Source: a virus. From it: a stretch of 64,000 nucleotides of DNA. Made by a program: the position numbers and the translations under genes. The notes beneath the pieces are model-generated. The model was not told the origin of the DNA, searched no databases, and saw only the letters and a program-made list of their open reading frames with translations. The stretch is taken from positions 1 through 64,000 of the IMG/VR virus record IMGVR_UViG_3300031965_000011; one strand, written 5' to 3'. Shown here piece after piece: positions 36,988-44,034 of this stretch; position 1 is the stretch's first letter, and each line of letters opens with the position of its first letter.

Positions 36988-38597
36988 GCGCTTTTTGAGA
37001 GTCGAGCCAGGGCTTCCATCGCAGCAGCGTCATCGGCCCCTTGAGCGGCCCTGAGCGCTTCCGCCCTTTCTCGTCGCCGTAACTCCCTCTTCAGCGCTCC
37101 TAGCGCCGCTGCGCCGTCCGCAATGGACGGCCTAGGCCCTTCCGCCATGACAAGCGCGGCAAGGTCCTGAGCGGCTTCCCCTGAGCGCAATTCCCACTCG
37201 TCGTAGTCGATGGACGGACTTTCGGCTAAGACCGAGAGAATCGGCGCCGTCGACAGTCCAAGGCGCTCGAACAGGAGAACCGCGTCCGGCAGTATAGCTC
37301 TCGCGCGTGGTTCGTCCGCGAAGAGCCTGATCAAGGTCACTTCTCCGGGCAGGTAGCCTACTGCCTTGGCCTTGACGGGCTCCGGTCCGCCCCTGCCCGC
37401 CAAAGCGGCGTCTACGACGGCTTGCGCGGCGCCGGTGCGACTCGACACCTCGGCAGCTAGCGCGGATCGCTCCACGGCCCCCAGAACAGCCGCAAATGGC
37501 CGAATCGCGGCGATAGCCTTGCTTGCCCCAAGCGGCGAGCGCAAATCGTGCTCCGCGGCGAGCTGAGCGAGCAGAAAAGCCCACAGGTCCTGAGCGTAAG
37601 CCAGGGCCGCGAGATACTTGTCCGGCTCGGATCGGCAAAGATCGGCGACGTCTTGGCCTTTCGGCAGGCGACATACGCGGATTTCAAGCCCTGCCTTCAG
37701 CAGCGGCGGTGCGGCTTTCTCCAGTGCGGCGATGCCCGCCTTGTCGCCGTCGAAAGCCAGCACCGCCAAGCCGACATGGCGTGAGATCAGCTTGGCATGC
37801 TCGTCGCTCAAGGCCGTGCCGCAGATGGCGACCGTTTCAGCGATGCCCGCACGATGTGACGCGATGACGTCGAAATAGCCCTCGGTGACCACCATGCGCC
37901 CGGCCTTACGGCCTGCGTTGCCGGCGCGGTGCAGATTGTAGAGAGTGGAGCGCTTGGAATAAATCGCGGTCTCGGGCGAGTTGAGGTACTTCGGCTCTTG
38001 CAGGTCCGTGAGGGCGCGACCGGCGAAAGCAATCACGTCGCCCGTGGTCGATTGAATTGGGACGGTCAGCCGAGAACGAATCAGCGGGCGGCCGCTCTTC
38101 GCCAGAATGCCGTCGCCTTGCTTGGGGGTTACGCCGCGCGGTAACTCGTCATGTGCGAAGCCTAATCCGAACTCTTCGGCGATCTTCAAAGGGATGCCGC
38201 GGCGGATCAGGTACGATGCGGCGGCGGATCCAGGCAATGCCCGCGAGTAGGCCGCCTGCATGGCCGCGTACAGAGCCCGTAGGCGAGACCGATCACGGTA
38301 GCCTTGGTCTTCGGCGTCGTCCTCAGTGGTGATCCCGTAGCGCTCTGCAAGTAGTCGCAGCGCATCGCGAAAATCAAGCCCGTGGAACTTCTGCGCAAAG
38401 TCGATCGCATCGCCGCCTTGCCCGCAGCCGAAACACTTGAAGCGGTTGCGGTTTTCATCGACGCTGAAGCTAGCCGTTTTTTCGTGGTGGAACGGGCAGC
38501 GGCCCCAAAGCGAGTTACCTTTGCGGCGCAACTCAACCGCTTCGCCGATGATGTCGACGATGCGGGCGGCGTCTTTGATGCGAGCGGCTAGGTTCAC
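36984..38597 (-). CDS. dnaG: DNA primase DnaG-type (CHC2 zinc finger plus Toprim)
   Basis: GRCPFHHEKTASFSVDENRNRFKCFGCGQGGDAIDF zinc finger. Toprim-like VVTEGYFDV...LAFDGDKAG. Confidence 0.9.
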   Translation of the reverse strand: MNLAARIKDAARIVDIIGEAVELRRKGNSLWGRCPFHHEKTASFSVDENRNRFKCFGCGQGGDAIDFAQKFHGLDFRDALRLLAERYGITTEDDAEDQGYRDRSRLRALYAAMQAAYSRALPGSAAASYLIRRGIPLKIAEEFGLGFAHDELPRGVTPKQGDGILAKSGRPLIRSRLTVPIQSTTGDVIAFAGRALTDLQEPKYLNSPETAIYSKRSTLYNLHRAGNAGRKAGRMVVTEGYFDVIASHRAGIAETVAICGTALSDEHAKLISRHVGLAVLAFDGDKAGIAALEKAAPPLLKAGLEIRVCRLPKGQDVADLCRSEPDKYLAALAYAQDLWAFLLAQLAAEHDLRSPLGASKAIAAIRPFAAVLGAVERSALAAEVSSRTGAAQAVVDAALAGRGGPEPVKAKAVGYLPGEVTLIRLFADEPRARAILPDAVLLFERLGLSTAPILSVLAESPSIDYDEWELRSGEAAQDLAALVMAEGPRPSIADGAAALGALKRELRRRERAEALRAAQGADDAAAMEALARLSKSA

Positions 38598-38614
38598 CTT
38601 GATCTAATCTCGGG

Positions 38615-38761
38615 TCACAACCAGCCCTCCATGAAGCACCAGTAAGCGACGGCGAGAATCAGCCCCACAAGAGCCGCCCCAAGGTGCCAAATCAGTAGCC
38701 CGTGCTTGCTATCTGAAACCCAATCCATCAAGCGGTCGTACCGGCCCCGCTCCTTCGTCAT
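38615..38761 (-). CDS. Small membrane protein (48 aa, below the track threshold)
   Basis: Hand translation MTKERGRYDRLMDWVSDSKHGLLIWHLGAALVGLILAVAYWCFMEGWL. ATGA coupling to the upstream gene. Confidence 0.35.
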   Translation of the reverse strand: MTKERGRYDRLMDWVSDSKHGLLIWHLGAALVGLILAVAYWCFMEGWL

Positions 38762-38940
38762 CGCTTAGGCCTCCCTGGCTCAAGCCTTAGCGCAATCCAG
38801 TCCACGATCTCGTTAACCGATGGAGCCGCCATTACCCCAAAGCTAAACGGCGCCAATACTGAATCAAACACCCGTGAAGTCAGCACGGCGGCCAAGGCCC
38901 ATAGGAGCACCTCGGCAAGAGACTTATTGATGGGCTTCAC
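38758..38940 (-). CDS. Small membrane protein ending in EPGRPKR
   Basis: 60 aa with a hydrophobic core. Preceded by the conserved junction cassette. Confidence 0.4.
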   Translation of the reverse strand: MKPINKSLAEVLLWALAAVLTSRVFDSVLAPFSFGVMAAPSVNEIVDWIALRLEPGRPKR

Positions 38941-39395
38941 TTCCTTGGCCTCCCTGGCTCAACCGCTGCCAATTCTTTTAGGTCGATGATGATTCCACGG
39001 CAGTACTTTTCTTCTCCCTCTACGACTTCAAAAGTGGCGTGCGGGGCGGTAGTTCTATATGTCCAGGAGTAACCGGGTTCCGTGCACCAACAGGCGTGGA
39101 TCTTGGTCGCCTCTTGGTGGAGCTTTATCACTAAGCCAAGTGCATCGTACTTCTTGAGCGTGTCGATATCGTCGTCATCGATCTCTTGGAGTAGCTTGCC
39201 GTCCTTGATTAGGATGAGGGCCTCCCTGTAGGCTCCTAGTTCGTCATTGATCGCCCCGCGCAGTTCGCACAGGTCGTCGGACGCGCCGAAGATGACCACC
39301 AAGTCATTGGCCTTGGCGTCCTTCTCTTCGTGATCGCTGATTTCGTGGCGGTACTCTCGGCCGTTCAGTTGTGCCGCTAGTTCTTCTTTTGTCAC
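38937..39395 (-). CDS. Hypothetical acidic protein ending in EPGRPRK
   Basis: Start set to the GTG at 39395, which follows the conserved GGAGGCCAAGGAA cassette and overlaps the upstream stop (GTGA). Confidence 0.45.
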   Translation of the reverse strand: MTKEELAAQLNGREYRHEISDHEEKDAKANDLVVIFGASDDLCELRGAINDELGAYREALILIKDGKLLQEIDDDDIDTLKKYDALGLVIKLHQEATKIHACWCTEPGYSWTYRTTAPHATFEVVEGEEKYCRGIIIDLKELAAVEPGRPRK

Positions 39396-39541
39396 TTCCT
39401 TGGCCTCCCTGGCTTCCTGTCCCGCTTCGCCAACGCTAGCTGCACTGCGGCGCCTATCCACTCGACTTTTTTGCTGCGCGATCTTCGACTGATGCCCTGG
39501 TGCTGGCGTAGATGGGTCCTGGTGCGCTTGACGGTCTTCAT
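39392..39541 (-). CDS. Small highly basic protein ending in KPGRPRK
   Basis: Start set to ATG 39541, 5 nt after GGAGGG. MKTVKRTRTHLRQHQGISRRSRSKK... Confidence 0.4.
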   Translation of the reverse strand: MKTVKRTRTHLRQHQGISRRSRSKKVEWIGAAVQLALAKRDRKPGRPRK

Positions 39542-39554
39542 GCGGCCCTCCATT

Positions 39555-39746
39555 CTATGAGCACGCTTGGGCCGCGCGCTTGCCAAACTTGAAAACAAGG
39601 ATGACGCCCAGCGATAGCGGCCAAAGCGAGCCAGATGCTACGCTTGCCGCTCGTAGGATCTCGAAAACCAGTAAAGCCGGGACAAGCCACCTAAGCTCAG
39701 CTAGCCACTTCTTAATCTCCTCGCGCACGCTATATGCCTCTCTCAT
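39555..39746 (-). CDS. Small membrane protein
   Basis: 63 aa with two hydrophobic segments. Confidence 0.4.
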   Translation of the reverse strand: MREAYSVREEIKKWLAELRWLVPALLVFEILRAASVASGSLWPLSLGVILVFKFGKRAAQACS

Positions 39747-39937
39747 TGGGTTCCGCCCTCTGGCTTACTGCATTTGGGGTAGTAGTGCTGATCGCCCTCA
39801 CAGGGGCTTTCGATCATCTCGTGCTGTAAGCAGCGCTCTATCCGGTCCAGTAGTTCGACTGTCGTCGGCTCGCGGTCTTCCGGCTTGACGTACCCGCTGG
39901 CCCCGTAGTGATGGCGCATGAATTGTTCGCTTGCCAT
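39743..39937 (-). CDS. Small hypothetical protein
   Basis: 64-aa ORF with an ATGA-type overlap to the downstream gene. Confidence 0.4.
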   Translation of the reverse strand: MASEQFMRHHYGASGYVKPEDREPTTVELLDRIERCLQHEMIESPCEGDQHYYPKCSKPEGGTQ

Positions 39938-39958
39938 GCTTATCTCCTGGTGAGCACG

Positions 39959-40378
39959 CTATGTGCCCTCTTGTTCCGCCTTGGGGTCTGGGTGTTTCGT
40001 CTCCATGTGCCGACGAAGGTTCATGAACGAGCGGTTGCAGCAAGGGCAGACGCCGCCCTGTACCCGCTTGCGGAACTTAGTATTCTGCCCCTTCGCCGCG
40101 CTCAGTCGCCGGCTTATGCGGTCCACTTCGTCCTTGAAGAACGCGGCACTGTTGGCCTGGCGCTCCAGGTTGCTCTTTAGCTGCTGGTTCTCCTTGCGAA
40201 GCCGGTCGGCCTCGCCCTCGACATAGTGCTGCCCGTGGCCATTCGGGCAGTAGAACAGGCGCTTGTCCTGTCGGCGCTCCTCCATGAAATGGTCTTCAAT
40301 GAAGAACGGAATCCGGCAGTTACAGCAGATCTCCTTCTTAAAGACCTGCGTGACTGTATCGGTGATCGTGGCCTTCAT
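39959..40378 (-). CDS. Zinc-ribbon / coiled-coil protein
   Basis: CCNC...CPNGH and CPCCNRSF...H...H flank a heptad-like central region. Start at ATG 40378 after GGAGGGAG. Confidence 0.45.
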   Translation of the reverse strand: MKATITDTVTQVFKKEICCNCRIPFFIEDHFMEERRQDKRLFYCPNGHGQHYVEGEADRLRKENQQLKSNLERQANSAAFFKDEVDRISRRLSAAKGQNTKFRKRVQGGVCPCCNRSFMNLRRHMETKHPDPKAEQEGT

Positions 40379-40451
40379 GTCTCCCTCCATTCTATGAGCA
40401 CGCTATGCGCACGATTGGGTAGACGGGTGCTCACCTGCGCACGATGTGCGG

Positions 40452-41015
40452 TCATGAAGCCCTCCGGGCGGGGAAGTTGGGACGGGCGAACTCCCCGAAG
40501 TATTCCCGCGCCGCCATGTCGTAGGCTCGGGCGGCTAGTTCTGGGGTAGGGTAGTGGCCGAGGTTGATCTTGATTCCGTCGCGCATGATCTGCGCCCGCC
40601 AACCGTCCCTGCCAGCGATTCGCGTGACTCCCTTGAACCGCGATCGTGGATTGGCGCCGCTTACGGTTCGCTTCTTGCTGTTGCGGATGTTGTCGCGGCT
40701 CTTACAGGTCCGTAGGTTAGACCGACGGTTGTTGAGTCCGTCTCCGTCGATGTGATCGACGACTAGGCCATCCTCGACCTCGCCGAGAATAATCCGGTGC
40801 ATAAGGATTTCGCCCTGCCGGCCCGACCTGGCGTACCAAATCCCGTCATTTAGGGTGGCGCGCCACAGTCTGTTAGCAACGAGATGTCCGTCCTCGGCGT
40901 CGATGATGGCGGTCTTGCCGCGAGTGAGTTCGACGAAAGCGATTTTCCCGACGACCCGGACGTACATCGCAGAATCTTGCGGCAGCCGATTGCCTTGGAG
41001 GTTGCGCCGGGTCAC
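40452..41015 (-). CDS. HNH endonuclease with an AP2 DNA-binding domain (homing-endonuclease-like)
   Basis: VVDHIDGDGLNNRRSNLRTCKSRDN (HNH_3). FKGVTR...GWRAQIMRDGIKINLGHYPTPELAARAYDMAAREYFGEFARPNF (AP2). Confidence 0.75.
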   Translation of the reverse strand: MTRRNLQGNRLPQDSAMYVRVVGKIAFVELTRGKTAIIDAEDGHLVANRLWRATLNDGIWYARSGRQGEILMHRIILGEVEDGLVVDHIDGDGLNNRRSNLRTCKSRDNIRNSKKRTVSGANPRSRFKGVTRIAGRDGWRAQIMRDGIKINLGHYPTPELAARAYDMAAREYFGEFARPNFPARRAS

Positions 41016-41034
41016 AGCGGCCTCCGCGTGACCG

Positions 41035-41058
41035 GTAAAACCGCCCTGAAAACCGCCT
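41035..41058. repeat. Two tandem copies of (G/T)(T/G)AAAACCGCC(C/T); candidate integrase arm-type sites, left arm
   Basis: GTAAAACCGCCC TGAAAACCGCCT lies directly left of the tRNA-derived core. The same AACCGCC core recurs on the other side. Confidence 0.4.
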
Positions 41059-41071
41059 CATTGCTTGTAAG

Positions 41072-41121
41072 TGGTTGCGGGGGCGCGATTTGAACGCGCG
41101 ACCTTTGGGTTATGAGCCCAA
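41072..41121 (-). other. attP core: 3-prime portion (anticodon arm to CCA) of an initiator tRNA-Met(CAT); not a complete tRNA gene
   Basis: The minus strand reads TTGGG-CTCATAA-CCCAA-AGGTC-GCGCG-TTCAAAT-CGCGC-CCCCGCA-ACCA. That is nearly identical in its landmarks to bacterial tRNA-fMet (three G:C pairs in the anticodon stem, CCCCGCAACCA end). No matching 5-prime acceptor (TGCGGGG/CGCGGGG) or D-arm follows. Confidence 0.75.
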
Positions 41122-41192
41122 CGCGAAACCCAATGCATTCTACTAGCCAGTTCTTTGTTTTCAACATTCCGACCAATAGAGCCAATGTACTG

Positions 41193-41223
41193 ACCGCCCG
41201 CATAACCGCCCCGAAAACCGCCC
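41193..41223. repeat. Three tandem AACCGCCC/ACCGCCC repeats; candidate integrase arm-type sites, right arm
   Basis: TGACCGCCC GCATAACCGCCC CGAAAACCGCCC, in the same orientation as the left-arm copies. Confidence 0.4.
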
Positions 41224-41232
41224 GAGATCCGC

Positions 41233-41409
41233 TCACTGTTCTGCCCCTCCCGACTTGCGTTCTTTGGCCTTGGCTGCATTGAAGCTGCGGCGGTCGATAT
41301 CCCAAACGCCCGCTTTCTTTCGAGCTTTGAGTTGCCCTCGTTCGATCCTCTTCAGCACCGCCCATTTGGTCAGCCGGAGTTCTTCGGCGGCTTCTTCTAC
41401 GGTCAACAT
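41233..41409 (-). CDS. Excisionase-type HTH (MerR/HTH_17-like) protein, 58 aa (below the track threshold)
   Basis: Hand translation MLTVEEAAEELRLTKWAVLKRIERGQLKARKKAGVWDIDRRSFNAAKAKERKSGGAEQ. Lies between int and attP. Confidence 0.55.
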   Translation of the reverse strand: MLTVEEAAEELRLTKWAVLKRIERGQLKARKKAGVWDIDRRSFNAAKAKERKSGGAEQ

Positions 41410-41442
41410 TTTCTACCGACAAGAGTACAACAGATTGGACAC

Positions 41443-42462
41443 TTATGCAAGGGTTTTTCTTGCGGAAAACATCGCCTCGACCTTCTCGCCCAACCCCTGT
41501 AATCGCTTCGCGCTCACGATGTCGTAACGCTGGAGCATGGCGTGCGTCTTGTGCCCGACGATTTGCATGGCGTCGTGCGGCGATAGCCCGGCGTCGATGA
41601 GATTCGAGACCGCGCAGGCCCTCAAGTCGTGGAAGCGGAAACCGGCCAAACCAACCGAGTTAACGGCCTTGTCCCAGGCCTTGCGGATGTCCACGACGGG
41701 CGAACCGTTTTCCCGGTGGATCACGTAGCGGCTCCCGATGCAGGCCTTCAGGGCATCCTGCATTCCCCCGTAGATCGGCGCCGTGCCGACTCGCTTCTCT
41801 TTCGATTGGTGTTCCGGCGGTCGAATCACCTTGTTCGCCCAATCAACGCGGTCCCAGGTCAGCCCGCGGATAACTCCAAGTCTCCAGCCGGTGTGATAGG
41901 CGATCACCGCCGCGTAGCGTTCCGGGGTTCTGAGCACTTCGATCAACGCCAGATACTGCTCATGGGTGATCCGGCGCGTCCGCACGTTCTGGACCTTGAG
42001 CATGTCGATAAACGGCACATGCGCGACGAGGGGCGGGGTATGGCGCTTGCCGAGGTTCAGTGCGCGTCTCAATAGCTCCAGTTCGCGGTTCACAGTGGCC
42101 GGCTTCGCCTTGCGGTCGTCTCGGTATCCGTCGATTTGGGCTTGTCTCAAGTCAACCACGCGGACCGGCCCCAACTCATCCCGCAGGCGTTTCAGGCGGC
42201 TCCGTACAGACGCCGCCGAGGCCTTCCCTTGATAGGACCGCTCGACCAAGGTAAACAGATCGGCTAGCGTGCAATTCTCCGCGCCGACGTTCCGCTTGCC
42301 TTGGGCTTCTTCAGCCAGGAACTTCCGGCGCCACGCCTCGGCTGCTTTGGCTTCCGTGTATGGCGTCGTGACGCGCTCGCCGTCGAGCCAGAAGTACCAC
42401 AGGGCTGTCTCTGACCGGCGCTTGAGAGGACCGAACCCGCGCTGTTTTGGCATGAGGGCCAT
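41443..42462 (-). CDS. int: Tyrosine integrase
   Basis: C-terminal catalytic signature ...FRFHDLRACAVSNLIDAG...IVGHKTHAMLQRYD. Adjacent to the tRNA-derived att core. Confidence 0.9.
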   Translation of the reverse strand: MALMPKQRGFGPLKRRSETALWYFWLDGERVTTPYTEAKAAEAWRRKFLAEEAQGKRNVGAENCTLADLFTLVERSYQGKASAASVRSRLKRLRDELGPVRVVDLRQAQIDGYRDDRKAKPATVNRELELLRRALNLGKRHTPPLVAHVPFIDMLKVQNVRTRRITHEQYLALIEVLRTPERYAAVIAYHTGWRLGVIRGLTWDRVDWANKVIRPPEHQSKEKRVGTAPIYGGMQDALKACIGSRYVIHRENGSPVVDIRKAWDKAVNSVGLAGFRFHDLRACAVSNLIDAGLSPHDAMQIVGHKTHAMLQRYDIVSAKRLQGLGEKVEAMFSARKTLA

Positions 42463-42463
42463 T

Positions 42464-42730
42464 CTACGCCGCCCTCCGTTTCCGCTCCAAGTACCGATCT
42501 AGGTCCTCGGTCGTGATCCTCAGCATCTTGCGGGCCTCCCCTAGGCCAATGTCCGCCGCCTTGAGTTCGCCTCGCTGGATCAGGTTACGGACATGCTCAT
42601 CCGTGCAGTCGAGGTAAACAGCAGCGTGCTTGATGGACAAAACCCGAGGCTTTGACAGCCGCTCGATGACGCGCTCGGCAATGGCGTCCACCAGGGCTGC
42701 GGCGGCTTCGGCTTCGGTGAGTACGGTCAC
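42464..42730 (-). CDS. HTH_17 / excisionase-family DNA-binding protein
   Basis: LSIKHAAVYLDCTDEHVRNLIQRGELKAADIG...RITTEDLDRYL. GTG start immediately upstream of int. Confidence 0.55.
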   Translation of the reverse strand: MTVLTEAEAAAALVDAIAERVIERLSKPRVLSIKHAAVYLDCTDEHVRNLIQRGELKAADIGLGEARKMLRITTEDLDRYLERKRRAA

Positions 42731-42823
42731 GATTGTTCTAGCCGCCTAAACTCGTAGACCCATAACCATGGATCCTCTTCCCGGGACCCGGCGCCGTGAA
42801 TCGACTCCTTAGGCCTCCCTGGC

Positions 42824-43018
42824 TCAAAATCCGCGCCACTGTTCGCCGAACGCCTCTTGCGCCTCATCGCGCTCCTGCAGGCAACGCTCCCGCTCGATCT
42901 CTTCGTCCTCGATGGAGCATTCCGTCGAGCAGGTGTTGTGCGCCCGATAGCGCGGCACGTAGGTCTCGCGGCACACATCACAGTTGCGGGTTTTCCCGAT
43001 AACGATTGGCTTGCTCAC
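42824..43018 (-). CDS. Small zinc-ribbon protein
   Basis: CDVCRETY...HNTCSTEC. GTG start after the junction cassette. Confidence 0.4.
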   Translation of the reverse strand: MSKPIVIGKTRNCDVCRETYVPRYRAHNTCSTECSIEDEEIERERCLQERDEAQEAFGEQWRGF

Positions 43019-43031
43019 TTCCTTGGCCTCC

Positions 43032-43670
43032 CTATCCCTTGTCTTGGCATCTCAGAACCTCAAACTCGTAAACCCAGACCCATCGGTCGTCAAACGATTC
43101 GCTCCCGTAAATCGACTCCCACAATTGAGCGAAGCCGCAGGCGTAGGGGCGGAACAGGCCGGCGACAAGACAATCCCCCTCGTAGTTCGGCGGGCACGGC
43201 ATACAGCCTTCCGCTGCCGCGTCCTCTTCGCTAATGCTGTTCAGCCGCTCGACCCTCACCCCAGTTACCTCCAAGGCGATGCGCGAAAAGTGCCGCGGCA
43301 TGAAGCGCTTGTGGCGGTAGCGGCCCCATCCGCCGGTCCAGCCGCAATCGCTGATGATCATCCCGTCTGCTTCGTAGCGAATCGGAGGCTTGTCCTGTTG
43401 TGCGAGCTGCGACGGCGTGAAGTTGTCGCAGTGGCGCGGCGCGCGCCACGCCTCTTTGACGTACAGCCGGTCGCCGACTTGGTAAGGGGCACGGAATGTA
43501 GCATTGCCGCCGCCAGGGTAGACGGCAGTGAAAACGCCGCTGCCCGCCTCTCGCATCTCGATAACGCCTTCGGCCCCCTTGACCTTGCGCCGCGTCTGGC
43601 TCTTGCCTTCAGGAATGGCCAAGACCACCGGCCCGCGGAATGAGATTGGCTTTTCGCGCTGTTGCTTCAT
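43032..43670 (-). CDS. ASCH-like (PUA-fold) phage protein
   Basis: The N-terminus KPISFRGPVVLAIPEGKSQTRRKV matches the common ...F.gpMv.ail.G.KtqTRR opening of phage ASCH-type proteins. Confidence 0.45.
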   Translation of the reverse strand: MKQQREKPISFRGPVVLAIPEGKSQTRRKVKGAEGVIEMREAGSGVFTAVYPGGGNATFRAPYQVGDRLYVKEAWRAPRHCDNFTPSQLAQQDKPPIRYEADGMIISDCGWTGGWGRYRHKRFMPRHFSRIALEVTGVRVERLNSISEEDAAAEGCMPCPPNYEGDCLVAGLFRPYACGFAQLWESIYGSESFDDRWVWVYEFEVLRCQDKG

Positions 43671-43674
43671 TGTT

Positions 43675-44034
43675 CTAGCCGCCTACGCAGCTCTCGGGCT
43701 GGGGGTCTGGACGTCCGCAGCGGTCTTGCTGAAACACCACGTATCGCGTCACCATCCAGTGATTCCCTATGACGTGTCTCGCAATAGCTTGGTCTTCTGG
43801 CCGCCACAGACAGCAGCCGCAGTTGCGGCAAACGCGCTTGCCCTGGCGCTCCCAGTTGTGGATCAGGTCGCCAAGGCCCTTTCGCCATGCCTGGCTCTTC
43901 AGCGTCTCGCCTTCCCTGTTGACGAAGAGCGGGCCGAAGCGGTCAGACCATTCAAAGATCACTTCTCTGCCGTAGGTCATCGCCCGGTACGTGCCGTCAT
44001 AGAAAGAGCAAATATGAATCGCGCCTAGGTTCAT
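43675..44034 (-). CDS. Hypothetical Cys-containing protein
   Basis: 119-aa ORF overlapping the methyltransferase stop. Confidence 0.4.
   Translation of the reverse strand: MNLGAIHICSFYDGTYRAMTYGREVIFEWSDRFGPLFVNREGETLKSQAWRKGLGDLIHNWERQGKRVCRNCGCCLWRPEDQAIARHVIGNHWMVTRYVVFQQDRCGRPDPQPESCVGG

Noticed and set aside
39547-39568. TAGAAT within the junction motif as a sigma70 -10 box
   Set aside because: It lies only 3 nt upstream of the Shine-Dalgarno sequence, so a transcript started from it would lack the RBS. There is also no acceptable -35 at 16-19 nt. I keep it only as an unexplained conserved junction motif.
41060-41150. Complete tRNA-Met gene
   Set aside because: Only the anticodon arm, variable loop, T-arm and acceptor 3-prime strand are present. 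The sequence where the 5-prime acceptor strand and D-arm should lie (GGCTAGTAGAATGCATTGGGTTTCGCG) cannot pair with CCCCGCA or form a D-stem. I interpret it as an attP core fragment.
41012-41422. 136-aa track ORF on the minus strand
   Set aside because: It runs straight through the tRNA-derived att core and the arm repeats and has an Arg/Gly-rich shadow composition. A different frame holds a convincing 58-aa excisionase-type HTH ORF (41233..41409).
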